NCBI GenBank assembly: GCA_000004985.1
Contig: GG738845.1
Direction: 5' to 3' (one strand)
Origin: Naegleria gruberi
Taxonomy: Eukaryota
Length of the DNA: 64,000 nucleotides
Numbering within the stretch: position 1 is the first letter of the stretch; each line of letters opens with the position of its first letter. Below are positions 54,014 through 64,000 of this stretch, piece after piece. The translations under genes and the position numbers were made by a program. Under the pieces are notes generated by a model. That model saw nothing but the letters and a program-made list of their open reading frames with translations, did no database searches and was not told where the DNA came from.

Positions 54014-55021
54014 TTAAGTACCAGGTTCCTTCTTTAAATCTGAATCCTTTTGATAGGCAGTTTCTCTGATGTGGTCGTTATCACTTGACATTACTCCGGC
54101 TTGCTTCATTATGAAAATTTCTGCAGCATTATCCTCCCCCAATGCCTGTTTGGATTGTTTTGCTTTAGCTCTATATCTCAAATCGATTTGAATTGATTCA
54201 CTAAGAGGGAATATCCATGCTTCTATATGATTAATTTCAAAATCAGAGTCACTCGACAATTGGGGACTGTATGAATAAGTAAGTAAATCTCCAACAGTCC
54301 TCCCAAACCTCCAGTCCTCTTCAATACAAAGAGAAAAGCATCCCATTTTTCCTCCAAATGCAAGGCCATTGTATGGATTATACTTATTTCCATAATTAAA
54401 GTATACATAATTTTCATTTCTATTACTGGACCTGTAAATTTGCACATTCGTTTCCTGATTTTCATTTGTTTCAATTTTGAACAATAAACAGTTGTTATTT
54501 CCATAAAAATTAGGTTTCCTATCCAGAGAAACACTTGTAAAAGCTCCAAATATATTTCCTTCAATATCTTCAATTATGATTATCATTGGTCCGTGATGCA
54601 TTACTATTTCACCAAAAGTTGCTATCGAAGCTCCATTTCTCCAATTTGCATAGAGTAATGTCCATTCATTATGTTGCTTTTGTTCTTGAGGAAGTGCAAG
54701 TCTTAATTGTTGAATAATTGATTTTCCCTTCTCTCCGATTAGTATTTTTGATTCTCCAACGAGATTGGGAGCATTATAGGAAGTTGTTGTATTGGAGGAG
54801 AGACTTGAAGTTGAAGAAGATGATGTTATTTGAAAATTATTCTGATCATTTGATGGGATATTCAATGTTGTCGCATCGGAAGTTGTACAACTGCTGTTAA
54901 AATTGGTATTTACTTGTTGATTTTCAGAAGGGGTAAGTGACTGATCTTGTTTCGTTGTGACTGGGGAGTGTTTGTTTTGTTCTCTTTGTGGCAGCGAACT
55001 GGTCGTATTATTGTTTCCCAT
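54014..55021 (-). CDS. TLDc-domain protein (Oxr1/NCOA7/MEAK7 family) with an N-terminal myristoylation consensus (MGNNNTT)
   Basis: ...HNEWTLLYANWRNGASIATFGEIVMHHGPMIIIIEDIEGNIFGAFTSVSLDRKPNFYGNNNCLLFKIE.. plus GLAFGGKMGCFSLCIEEDWRFG match the TLDc fold signature. A Ser-rich linker precedes the domain. Confidence 0.65.
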   Translation of the reverse strand: MGNNNTTSSLPQREQNKHSPVTTKQDQSLTPSENQQVNTNFNSSCTTSDATTLNIPSNDQNNFQITSSSSTSSLSSNTTTSYNAPNLVGESKILIGEKGKSIIQQLRLALPQEQKQHNEWTLLYANWRNGASIATFGEIVMHHGPMIIIIEDIEGNIFGAFTSVSLDRKPNFYGNNNCLLFKIETNENQETNVQIYRSSNRNENYVYFNYGNKYNPYNGLAFGGKMGCFSLCIEEDWRFGRTVGDLLTYSYSPQLSSDSDFEINHIEAWIFPLSESIQIDLRYRAKAKQSKQALGEDNAAEIFIMKQAGVMSSDNDHIRETAYQKDSDLKKEPGT

Positions 55022-55229
55022 TCTTTCAAGATTTTTATCTATTTTTTATTAAATTAAATGATTAAAGGAATTTTGCTATTAATTATTGATCCTTTTTACT
55101 TTTGTAATGATGATGAGGATTGTAGCAGTTCAAATAAAGATGCATCACCAGCGTATTTTAAAAGTATTGGATCGATAAAAACCAATTACCAATCAAATCA
55201 TCACAACCAAACAAAATAATAATAAAAAA

Positions 55230-57947
55230 ATGAGTTCAAACGGGACTGATTCATCATCAAATAATTCCCAAACTCCTTCCAAGAGTACCTCCCAGAAGGT
55301 ACTTCCAACTGTACCTTCTCCTTCCTCAGCTGGAAGTAGATCAAGAACAACAATTAGACCTTTACCAAGTAGCAGCGGAATGGGATCAAAAGGTTCTAAA
55401 GGCAGTTTGCCGCTTCTTCCAACACAAGATAATTTAGGAGCAAATACTCATCATCTTGTTAGTGTTAACAAGACACCACTCGATTATGATCAATTTTCCC
55501 AAGTCATGACCACAAGCCCAAGGTTTGTTTTATTATTAACAATGTGATTTAACTTGTTCAGTTTACTCTCTGCTCTTTATACTCAGAGATTGCTTTCAAC
55601 TTCAGAGTTGGACGAAATGGCCTTTGCACTCTATCAATTATCTTCATCTTTATCAACATCTTGCTTCATGAATAAGATTCTAATTGGAATTGAATTTGAA
55701 AGAAGTTCTTCCGATACCGGCAATGGAATGGTAATAATGAGAGGAAATACTGTTGCAACCAAAGTAATGGACAATGTTGTTAAAGCAGAAGCTGTAGATT
55801 ATTTGAAAAATATTCTTATTGAACCAATGAAGAAGATCATTCTCGATGAAGTTTTAGATTTGGAAATTGATCCAACAAAAGTAATTACAAGAATTGAATC
55901 TGAAATTGATCTCTCTTCTAAAGATATTGATCAACAACAGCCTGAAGTTGCAGAAAAAGCTGTTATTCAAAACTTAGAAAATTTATTGACTTATTGCCGA
56001 TACTTTTTGGATAGAATGTTATCACAAGAGGCTCTTGAATCTATGCCTTTCAATATGAGATATATTTGTAAAATTATTAACGAAATGTGTCGCGACAAGT
56101 ACAGAATGGAAAATTCTGAAACTATAATTGCAAGTTTTGTTTTCTTGAGATTATTCAATCCAACTATTGTCTATCCTGAATCGAGAGATATTTTCCCACC
56201 TGAAGTCAAGATTCATTCAAAACAAAGAAGAAATTTGGTTTTAATTTCTAAAGTGATTCAACAAATTGCCAATGGGTTTGAATTTGGAGCCAAAGAATCA
56301 TTTATGATTCCACTCAATCCTCTTATTAATGAATACATACAAAAGGCTAAAAAATTCTTGATCGAATGTTCAAACTTGGATAGTGACAAGATATTGGACG
56401 AATTGGAAAAGAGCGTGCCAGACAAAGTTAAAAACAAAATCATTTCTTCTGATGAAAAATTACTTCAACATGCTATGAACATTCAAATGTTAGTTAAAAC
56501 TCATGAAAAGTCTCTCACAGAAAAAACAAATACTTCTAAAGATTTGATTGGAGTATTAAATAGACTTCCTAAAATTGAAGAAGCTATCAAATCTGAATCA
56601 TCCATCCTCTCAAGAAATGATTCCATTAGTAGTAACACAACTACATCAACAACTAATGAGAAGAAATATCAAGATTCTGAAAAGTATTTGGAAATGCTGG
56701 AAAAAGCTAAACAAGAAGATGTTAGAGATTTAGAGGCTATGAATGTAATTTCATGCAGAACATGTGATACTGAGGGTAGACCTGTTATTATCTTTTCTGA
56801 AGAAAAAATCAAGAAGGAAGATTTGGAAAGAACATTGCTCTATATGATTTTAAAACTTGATAAGTTTGTGGAAAGAGATTATGTAATGATTTGGTGTGTC
56901 AGTAACTCTACCTCTCAATCTCGTCCTGGATTTTCATGGATGTTAAACGTTTACAAAACCATTACTAGAAAATATAAGAAGAATTTAAAGTCGCTTTATA
57001 TTGTTCATCCAACTATGATGATCAAGGTTATCATGAAATGCTTTTCACCATTTGTTAGTGAAAAGTTTTGGAAGAAACTTCATCTTGCTGATACTGTACA
57101 AGATATATTCAAAGATATCCCAGAACATATACTACCACTTCCTCCAACAGTCATTGCTTATGATTTGATGCAAAATAATATCAAAAGCAATCAACCTTCC
57201 CTTTTCTCTACATCTTTGGAAGAGTTAATTAAATCAAGAAAGGATTGTGCAAACTCCTTGGTACCATCACCAATTAAGAAATGTATGGACTTCTTGAAAG
57301 AGCATCATGCCAACACTAAAGGAATTTTCAGAATTAGTGGTAATCAAGCCACTGTCAACCAGCTCAAGATTTTGATTAACCATGGCTCTAATGTTGATTT
57401 GCACCATGTTGATTGCCATGTTTTGGCCAGTCTTATCAAACTTTTCTTCCGTGAACTTCCTGATCCACTTTTTATGTTCTCTATTTATGATGAATTAATT
57501 TCAGCAGTTAAAGGTATGTTTCAAGAATTATTTTATTTACGAATTATCTAAGAAAATGGAAACTCTGTTCCAGATGTAATTGAGACGGTCAAAAAAATTG
57601 TTCCTAAAATGCCACAATGCCATTTTGAGCTTGCTAAAGAGCTTTTTGCATTGCTCAACTACGTACAATCACTTAGTGAAGAAAATATGATGAATGCTCA
57701 TAATTTGGCAATTGTTTTGGGTCCAAATATCATTAGATCAAATAGTCCAAATCCATTATTAGCATTACAGGATAATGGTCCACTCACTTATATAACTGAA
57801 ATAATGATTGGCCACCACGAACAAATTTTCCAATCTGGAAATGCTACAAACGCAACAATTCAACGTGGATCAAGAAGACCTCAAGCTCTTATGGAAGGTG
57901 ATTTGGAAAAGCTCAAATCTCTTAATTTTGATGATAGTGATGAATAG
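55230..57947 (+). CDS. Sec14 (CRAL-TRIO)-RhoGAP domain protein, 872 aa. Exons 55230..55522, 55562..57512 and 57573..57947.
   Basis: Intron 1 is 55523..55561 (GTTTGT...TTCAG, 39 nt). Intron 2 is 57513..57572 (GTATGT...TTCCAG, 60 nt); an alternative in-frame acceptor lies 21 nt upstream at CTAAG. CRAL-TRIO region ...RDYVMIWCVSNSTSQSRPGFSWMLNVYKTITRKYKKNLKSLYIVHPTMMIKVIMKCFSPFVSEKFWKKL. RhoGAP region IFRISGNQATVNQLKILINHG...LIKLFFRELPDPLF...MPQCHFELAKELFALLNYV...NAHNLAIVLGPNIIR, including the Arg finger. Confidence 0.75.
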
Positions 57948-58064
57948 TCAAAATTTTCAATGAACAAGTAGAAATTCATCAACAAATAAATTATTTTTAA
58001 AAACTTCATGCAATAATTTAAAAATAACCTCGTTGTATGTAGTTTTTAAAAATAATTAGAAAAA

Positions 58065-59586
58065 ATGTCAGAAGAAGAAATTGCTAAAGAAATCAAACAA
58101 ATGACCCTAAACGCTGGCGACAGCTGGGCTGATACTGTAGAAGCTCCTGTAACAACAAGTATGTGATCAAGTCATCAACAAGATTTTCTAAATTATTTTA
58201 TTGTAATTTCGTTCCATGATGGTTTTATTCTTCTTTGTGATGATGATGGTTTTATTAAAACAAACAAACAATATCAACAACAACGGATATGGTGATTGAA
58301 CAATAATAATAGCTTCACTTTTGGATGAAGAATTGGATAAACAACAACATGATCCAACAAATCCTCTCTACAGTCAACAAATTAAATTCGAGAATATGAA
58401 ATTAAAGCCTGAACTTTTGAAAGGAATTTACTCTATGCACTTTAAAGAACCATCTAGTATTCAAGCAAAATCACTTCCTATTATTTTGGAAGAAGATGTT
58501 AACTTGATTGCCCAATCACAAAGTGGTACTGGTAAGACTGCTTGCTTTGGTCTTGCCATGCTTCAGGCTGTTGACGAAAGTGTTAACTCAACCCAAGCAA
58601 TTTGTATTTGTCCTGCTCTTGAATTGGCCACCCAAATTTATTCTGTTGTCAAAGGATTGGGTCAACATACAGGAATTAAAATCTATGCCGCTCTCAAAGG
58701 ACAAGAAATTCCAAGAAATTTGACTGATCATATTGTGATTGGTACACCTGGTACAGTTAATGAAATGATTAGACGTAGATCTATTAATACCAAGACTGTC
58801 AAAATTTTGGCTGTTGATGAAGCAGACCAAATGTTGGAAGAAGGAAATAGTCAATTACGTGATCAAACTATTTTAATCAAGAAGGGTTTGCCTGAAAAAT
58901 GTAGAGTATTACTCTTCTCTGCTACATTTAAGGAAGAAGATGATGACAAGGAAGGTGCTGAAAAAGAAAAGAAAGTATTGGATTTTGCTGAAAAGGTTGT
59001 ACCACAACCTCTGAAGACAATCTTGATACCTAAGGAAAAGCTTACATTGAAGCACATGAAACAATTTGTTGTTAAATGTGTAGATGAAACTCAAAAGATT
59101 CAAGTTATTAAGGATATCTACGAAACACTCAAAGTTGGACAAAGTATTATTTTTGTCAACAGTAAGAATTATGCTGAAAAGTTGGCCAATGTTCTCCAAG
59201 AAAACAAATTTACTGTCAGTGTCACTCATGGTGGTTTAGATCCAGAAGTCAGAAAGAAGGTCATGTCAGAATTTGTTGCTGGTACAGCCAAGGTTTTGAT
59301 TACAACAAACGTTCTTGCTCGTGGTGTAGATATTGCCACAGTTACACACGTAATTAACTTTGATCTTCCAGTTGTCTATGATGAAAAAACACCTGGATCA
59401 GACCGTGAACCAGATTATGCCACTTATTTGCATCGTGTTGGTAGAACTGCTAGGTTTGGTAAGAAGGGTTATGCCATTAATATTTGTAGAGATAGAGAAT
59501 ACCGTATCATTGAAGCTTTCAGAAAGAATTTACAAGCTGAAATCAAAGATGTACCACCAGAAGATCTAGATGAACATATTAAATAA
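58065..59586 (+). CDS. DBP5: DEAD-box helicase Dbp5/DDX19-like (mRNA export), 455 aa. Exons 58065..58158 and 58313..59586, with a 154-nt GTATGT...ATAG intron (phase 1).
   Basis: Exon 1 MSEEEIAKEIKQMTLNAGDSWADTVEAPVTT plus exon 2 TSLLDEELDKQQHDPTNPLYSQ... Motifs FKEPSSIQAKSLP, QSQSGTGKTACF, VDEADQML, SAT, YLHRVGRTARFGKKG are the DDX19/Dbp5-type variants of I and VI. The ORF track shows only exon 2 from an upstream TTG. Confidence 0.8.
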
Positions 59587-59851
59587 ATCATTAAGTTAAA
59601 CTATGTACATTTTCCTATTACGAATATCAAAATATTTTTAATGGGTAACAAAAATGAAAACCACAATAATACTCAAAAGCTTTGCCAAATATTTTAGTTT
59701 TGCCCTTGAAAAAACTGAATTTTCCTTATGTAATGATGTATCAACCAATTATTTATTATTTCTGACACTTCTAGTCCGAATAAACCTTGTGGATAGAAAA
59801 TATTCTGATGCTCTGTTTGAAAGCTTTTGTTTGAAGAAATAAAAAAGAAAA

Positions 59852-61063
59852 TTAAGCACGATTTAATAAGTAAATAGACCCTGTTCCACAACCAACAGCA
59901 ATATGATGTTGATTTTTAGAAAAAGCCATACAGTAAACAGCTTTTTCTAATTCTCTTATTGCTCCAATAATTCTACCAGAAGATCTAGTCATTATTAATG
60001 CTTCATTTGTTCCGGATCCTCCTACAGCAAGAATGGATCCTGAGCTATCTCCAAACTGTGCACAGTAAGCGTTAAGTGTTGATGGACCTCCTGAATGAGG
60101 TATTGGAATATTCTTTTAATTGTTACTAAAAACAATTCCATCACTTTTACATACCTCAATTAAATTTCCAGATCCAAAGTCCCATAACTGAAGTTGGTCA
60201 TCAGGTCTCCAAGAACCCGTCAATATGGAATTATTAGAATCAATATCAATGGCATCTCCACAAATGTGAGGTCCAAAAATTCTTCTTGCAGCATAATCCA
60301 TTCTCTTATCCCAAATTTGAACTCTGAAATACTCAACATAAAGTTACTTATTAAATAAGATACATACGTATTATCCCATCCTCCAGTTAGAATTATATTG
60401 TCATCATTTGGGTGGAATTTAAGAGAAAATATTCTGTTGGTATGACCAGCACTTGTTACTCCATTTCCACCTCTCATTTTCATTACACAAACATTGGTTT
60501 CTTCATCATACAATCTAACTGTTGAATCTTTACCTGCTGTTGCAAAATAAGCTCCATCCTTTCTATAGTCCACTACATAAGCTTGGTTTTCCTCCTCTTG
60601 AATTTCATTTAAAAGCTTTCCTGATGTCACATGCCAATGTTGAACAACACCTTTTGATCCAGATACAAGTAATACATTTTGAGCTGAATTTGGGTTAAGG
60701 GATGGTCTAAATTTTAAAGATGTTACTGGGAGAGGTAATTGTTGCTTAGTGGCTGTATTCAATGAGTAAAGTAATTTCCCATCATTTACATTAAACACTC
60801 TAACAATACCATCACTACATCCTGCTGCCAAACTCTTTGAATCAGAGCTAAATCTAATACAAAACACTTCCGAATCAGCAGTAAATAATTTATTCTTTGA
60901 AACGGTGTATGAAGATCCTCCTTGAAACCACAAAACAATTATTAAATAATAAAAATATTTACAAACCTCCTGCTGTATTATCCAAACTATCGGCAACACC
61001 TATTGTCGTTGTTGATGATGAAGATGATGCATTATTAGGTGGTGAAAAGTATCGATGATTCAT
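59852..61063 (-). CDS. WD40-repeat protein (359 aa). Four exons 60967..61063, 60368..60920, 60155..60323 and 59852..60112.
   Basis: Introns 60921..60966 (GTTTGT...TTCAAG, 46 nt), 60324..60367 (GTATGT...TTTCAG, 44 nt) and 60113..60154 (GTATGT...AAAAG, 42 nt). Spliced product MNHRYFSPPNNASSSSSTTTIGVADSLDNTAGGGSSYTVSKNKLFTADSEVFCIRFSSDSKSLAAGCSDGIVRVFNVNDGKLL...ILTGGWDNTVQIWDKRMDYAARRIFGPHICGDAIDIDSNNSILTGSWRPDDQLQLWDFGSGNLIENIPIP...IAVGCGTGSIYLLNRA, with several WD (GH...WD) repeats. Lengths sum to 1080 nt (360 codons). Confidence 0.75.
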
Positions 61064-61179
61064 TTTTAAGGTTTTTTCTTTAAGGATAATCTGTTTTTTG
61101 TATTTTGAATAAACACTCAACAACAATAATACAATGAGAGAACAACCTTATTTTAGCATGTCAACAAGTTTAAAAAAAA
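61064..61179. promoter_or_regulatory. 116-bp divergent intergenic spacer between the WD40 gene (minus) and the GT-like gene (plus); putative bidirectional promoter
   Basis: Position between two divergent ATGs. No motif identified. Confidence 0.3.
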
Positions 61180-62484
61180 ATGTTACCCAAAGCGCTCATC
61201 ATTTTATTGCTTGTTCAATTTACTACACTGTCAGGTGTCTTTATTTTTAAAAATTACTTTTCGGAATCCAAGTGTGATGTAACTTTTTTAATTCAAGCAA
61301 ATCCAAGGGCTGATATGGAAAAGAATAGTTTCTTTTTATTAGAAAAAACCATGACAAGTATTGCTAATATGAAACATCGTTTATTTAATCCTTGTATTTC
61401 GATATTCAGTACAAAAGGATCAGCCTATGATGAAGATATCGATGAAATATTGGAAAAGTTTCCATCCTCTATTCGAATCAACGTTATTCACAGAGAGGGT
61501 CATGGAGACCATAATTTTAAAAATAGTGATATGGGAAAGTCTGAGAAACACATTGCCAATGAATTTTTCGATATGATCAAAACCTTTCACGACCGTGTTA
61601 AAATAACCGATGATATTCCAATTATTTTAATGGATGATAATTTTGTATTTTGTGAACACGCATTCATTCATCTCCTCTCAATTTTTAATAGGATTAACTC
61701 ATTGGAGAGTGATGGATTGGATTGGGCAGGGTTTCGTTTCTCACATGGAATTGTTGGTACAATGGTTCAAAGGAGAGATCTTGCAGGTCTCATTCAATAT
61801 ATGCAAAGAGAAGCTGAAGGTACTGGTTCAATTGATGCCCTTTTGGATCGTTTCTTTCAAAAGATTAACCCATTTGGAAAAGTACAATTTCACAAGAGAA
61901 TTTTCTATACCTATAGGTATCAATTATTGAAGTCTTCAGAATCTATGAATACTGCAAACCCTCAATGTTTTGAAAGTTTAACTCATACCTATCATGCTTT
62001 CCAAAATGAAAAATGTTCCAATTCTCTCTTCTTCCCATGTAATTCAACCATTTCCACTAGTCAGACAAATAGAATCAATAGCAATCAGTTAAATAATTTG
62101 AGAATGAAGGAAGAATTTGAGCATGATACTCTTTTAATGCCATCTATTCCACCTTCTGCTGATTATTCTCTTTCAGAATTGAGACGAGTAAGATCCACTC
62201 TAACAGAACCTAGTGAAAGCTGTCAATCAGCATGCAAGAAAATTGGAGCTGATTGTGATGCCAGATTTTTTACATTTATCAATAGGTGTGAAGAAATTAG
62301 ACAATTCTACCCAGATTGTAAATGCACAACAGAATTCTCAACTATGAACGCTCCATTCTTCTTAAAGAGTGAAGGTAAGGAACTTTGTGTTCTAGGTACA
62401 AATCCTTCCAGATTTAAATGTGAAAGTCAGACTACAGCAGGTATTAGAGTTTGTCCTTGTTTTAGGCATACAACCACAAAATAA
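61180..62484 (+). CDS. Type II membrane, glycosyltransferase-like protein with a Cys-rich C-terminal domain; weak resemblance to the GT54 (GnT-IV/MGAT4) catalytic region
   Basis: N-terminal signal-anchor MLPKALIILLLVQFTTLSGVFIF. PIILMDDNFVFCEHAF and WAGFRFSHGIVGTMVQRRDL resemble the LEDDIIV and EFSQLGFIGKMFQAPDL blocks of MGAT4. The C-terminal 130 aa carry about 14 Cys (CQSACKKIGADCDARFF...CPCFRH). Divergent from the WD40 gene with a 116-bp spacer. Confidence 0.55.
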   Translation: MLPKALIILLLVQFTTLSGVFIFKNYFSESKCDVTFLIQANPRADMEKNSFFLLEKTMTSIANMKHRLFNPCISIFSTKGSAYDEDIDEILEKFPSSIRINVIHREGHGDHNFKNSDMGKSEKHIANEFFDMIKTFHDRVKITDDIPIILMDDNFVFCEHAFIHLLSIFNRINSLESDGLDWAGFRFSHGIVGTMVQRRDLAGLIQYMQREAEGTGSIDALLDRFFQKINPFGKVQFHKRIFYTYRYQLLKSSESMNTANPQCFESLTHTYHAFQNEKCSNSLFFPCNSTISTSQTNRINSNQLNNLRMKEEFEHDTLLMPSIPPSADYSLSELRRVRSTLTEPSESCQSACKKIGADCDARFFTFINRCEEIRQFYPDCKCTTEFSTMNAPFFLKSEGKELCVLGTNPSRFKCESQTTAGIRVCPCFRHTTTK

Positions 62485-62530
62485 ACCCATTTCTCATGCA
62501 ATGTTGTGTGGTTAACGAATATTAAAAAAA

Positions 62531-64000
62531 ATGAATGACTACAATAACAGTTCCTCTTCTTGTTATTCTCCAATTCATAATGATGCCCCATTTTCTGATG
62601 AATTATGTGGTAGTGAAAACAGCCTTCATTCCGAACTGGATAATAGGATTAAAATTAATGAAAATATGTTAGCATTGGTGAGGGAGTATTTTACAAATCA
62701 TGATTCAAATGAAGATGATCAACTATCATCATCTTCATATTTTAGTAGGGAGAGTAAGGATGATTTTGGATATGGTGAGGATTCAACACAAGTTGTGGTA
62801 GTTGAGAGTGATGATAAATGTGTGACATTTCATATTTCAATATCACCTACAATGTATGGAATGAGTTTGGTAGTGGAACAATTATGTGGATCAATGAGCA
62901 ATGCTATATCTTTTGAATGGAAATTAGACAAATCGTTTAGATTAGTTTTGGATGGAGAGGACATACTGTTGGTGGAACCATTGGAATTGAATATTAATCA
63001 CAATTCATTTGAAATTGATAGAAATTGTTTGAATAGTATGGAAATAGGTTCAATTGGAATTGTAACCATTCAAGTGGGTAAATTTGAAATTTACATTGGC
63101 TTTGTAATGAATGAAACTCTTTACGATGTACAGTTATCAAAGGCTTGTCCAACAACACAGGAAGATGTCCAATCTTTTATATTTACCAATTCAGATGATT
63201 GTATAGATCCAAGCAATATGAAATTATCATATTGCAAATTTGACAAGGATATTTCACTTTTTGAGATTGTGATAGAGAAGGATGATTTTACGTTGTTTAC
63301 ACCCAGATCGGATACGCCTTCTCTTGTGATTCTCTATGATAACAATACTCACAAAATCCCTCTTTCAAGAGCAATCGATATAGGAAGGAAACTGGTATTA
63401 TATTTCCGTTCTGAAGAGCTTGTATTAGAAAATGAAAAGTTGCTAGTACAATTCAACGATTCAAGGCTGTTGAAAAGTTTTGAAATAGATACAGTTTCAA
63501 ATTTGTCAATTGAAGAACCTCACAATGAGGAATGTGCACATTTAATAGATGGTATGAGTTTTAAACATCTCTTCACTGATCTATCGGAAAGAGTTGAGCA
63601 TAAATTCATAGAAATTGCTAAACAATACAAGTACAATGTAGACAGTTTAGGGTTCAATATATTGCAAATTCTCATTTCATTGGGAAGAAGAGAACATGTA
63701 AAAACACTAATTGAAAAAATGGGATTTGATCCAATAGATATGGACACAATTAAATGGGTAGAGTATTTCAAAAATCCAAATGGTATTTCAGAAGATTTCC
63801 TCCTTAAATGTTTTTCCAATTACATTTATTCAAAAGACAATGGGGATGAAATCTCTCTTTCATTACGAGTTAAATCCATCATGTCTAAACTGGCAATATC
63901 AACATTAAATGAGGAGGCAGCAATTAATATTCAGAATTATGTAATCCCTCACTGTTACCTTTCTCATCACTTTTACATTAGTAAGGAAGAAATGTTATCT
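62531..64000 (+). CDS. Hypothetical protein, 5' 490 codons present; the ORF runs off the 3' end of the window
   Basis: ATG at 62531, then an open frame to nt 64000 without a stop (MNDYNNSSSSCYSPIHNDAPFSDEL...NYVIPHCYLSHHFYISKEEMLS). It is absent from the ORF track only because it is unterminated. Confidence 0.5.
   Translation, partial: MNDYNNSSSSCYSPIHNDAPFSDELCGSENSLHSELDNRIKINENMLALVREYFTNHDSNEDDQLSSSSYFSRESKDDFGYGEDSTQVVVVESDDKCVTFHISISPTMYGMSLVVEQLCGSMSNAISFEWKLDKSFRLVLDGEDILLVEPLELNINHNSFEIDRNCLNSMEIGSIGIVTIQVGKFEIYIGFVMNETLYDVQLSKACPTTQEDVQSFIFTNSDDCIDPSNMKLSYCKFDKDISLFEIVIEKDDFTLFTPRSDTPSLVILYDNNTHKIPLSRAIDIGRKLVLYFRSEELVLENEKLLVQFNDSRLLKSFEIDTVSNLSIEEPHNEECAHLIDGMSFKHLFTDLSERVEHKFIEIAKQYKYNVDSLGFNILQILISLGRREHVKTLIEKMGFDPIDMDTIKWVEYFKNPNGISEDFLLKCFSNYIYSKDNGDEISLSLRVKSIMSKLAISTLNEEAAINIQNYVIPHCYLSHHFYISKEEMLS

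Noticed and set aside
1-64000. Searched for prokaryote-style signals: CRISPR repeats, operon-like co-directional clusters with RBS, and defence or toxin-antitoxin genes
   Set aside because: The sequence is eukaryotic nuclear DNA (spliceosomal introns, eukaryote-only proteins such as eL41, Rtf1, Tho2, Clf1). No direct-repeat or spacer arrays and no bacterial-type genes were seen.
1-64000. Dictyostelium, Entamoeba, apicomplexan or ciliate origin, considered because of the AT-richness
   Set aside because: RhoA/Rho1-type GTPase, Gal4-type Zn2Cys6 factor, yeast-like codon preference (TTG, AGA, GGT), the standard genetic code with TAA stops, moderate rather than extreme intergenic AT content, and short GTAAGT introns fit a fungus better. 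None of the alternatives accommodates all of these.

Overview
This 64 kb window is nuclear DNA from an AT-rich, extremely gene-dense eukaryote, not a prokaryotic locus. I find about 36 protein-coding genes on both strands covering roughly 90% of the window; spacers run from 2 bp to about 700 bp. There are few, short spliceosomal introns (39-161 nt). Donor sites are GTAAGT, GTATGT, GTTTGT or GTACGT, acceptors are YAG, and many introns carry a CTAAT- or CTAAC-like branch motif. Stops are almost always TAA. The ORF track mis-starts several genes at TTG or GTG, so the true ATGs were re-derived by hand.

The gene content looks fungal. It includes a Gal4-type Zn2Cys6 transcription factor, a RhoA/Rho1-type GTPase with a CAAX end, and Leu-TTG/Arg-AGA/Gly-GGT codon usage. 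A complex I B15 (NDUFB4) subunit and COQ2 argue against Saccharomycetaceae and Schizosaccharomyces. I could not narrow the lineage beyond an AT-rich, compact-genome fungus.

Calls I am fairly confident of are alpha-SNAP/Sec17, Rtf1, Nop16, Rho1, C1D/Lrp1, Clf1 (crooked neck), GDP-mannose pyrophosphorylase, Rok1-like and Dbp5-like DEAD-box helicases, COQ2, a RecQ helicase, ribosomal protein eL41, THO complex subunit Tho2 and NDUFB4. More tentative calls are a PGES2/Grx2-like thioredoxin-fold protein, a cupin protein, a TLDc protein, a Sec14-RhoGAP protein and a WD40 protein. There are also three giant coiled-coil proteins (one with an N-terminal RGS domain, one with a C-terminal CH domain), two TPR proteins, a GnT-IV-like type II glycosyltransferase, and several orphans.

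I see no rRNA, tRNA, CRISPR, transposon or defence-system signal. The interesting observations concern gene packing (15 bp and 2 bp between genes), an unresolved Switch-II exon in Rho1, an extended alpha-SNAP, a probable unannotated micro-gene, and unusual domain architectures. I cannot point to a single novel system in this window.
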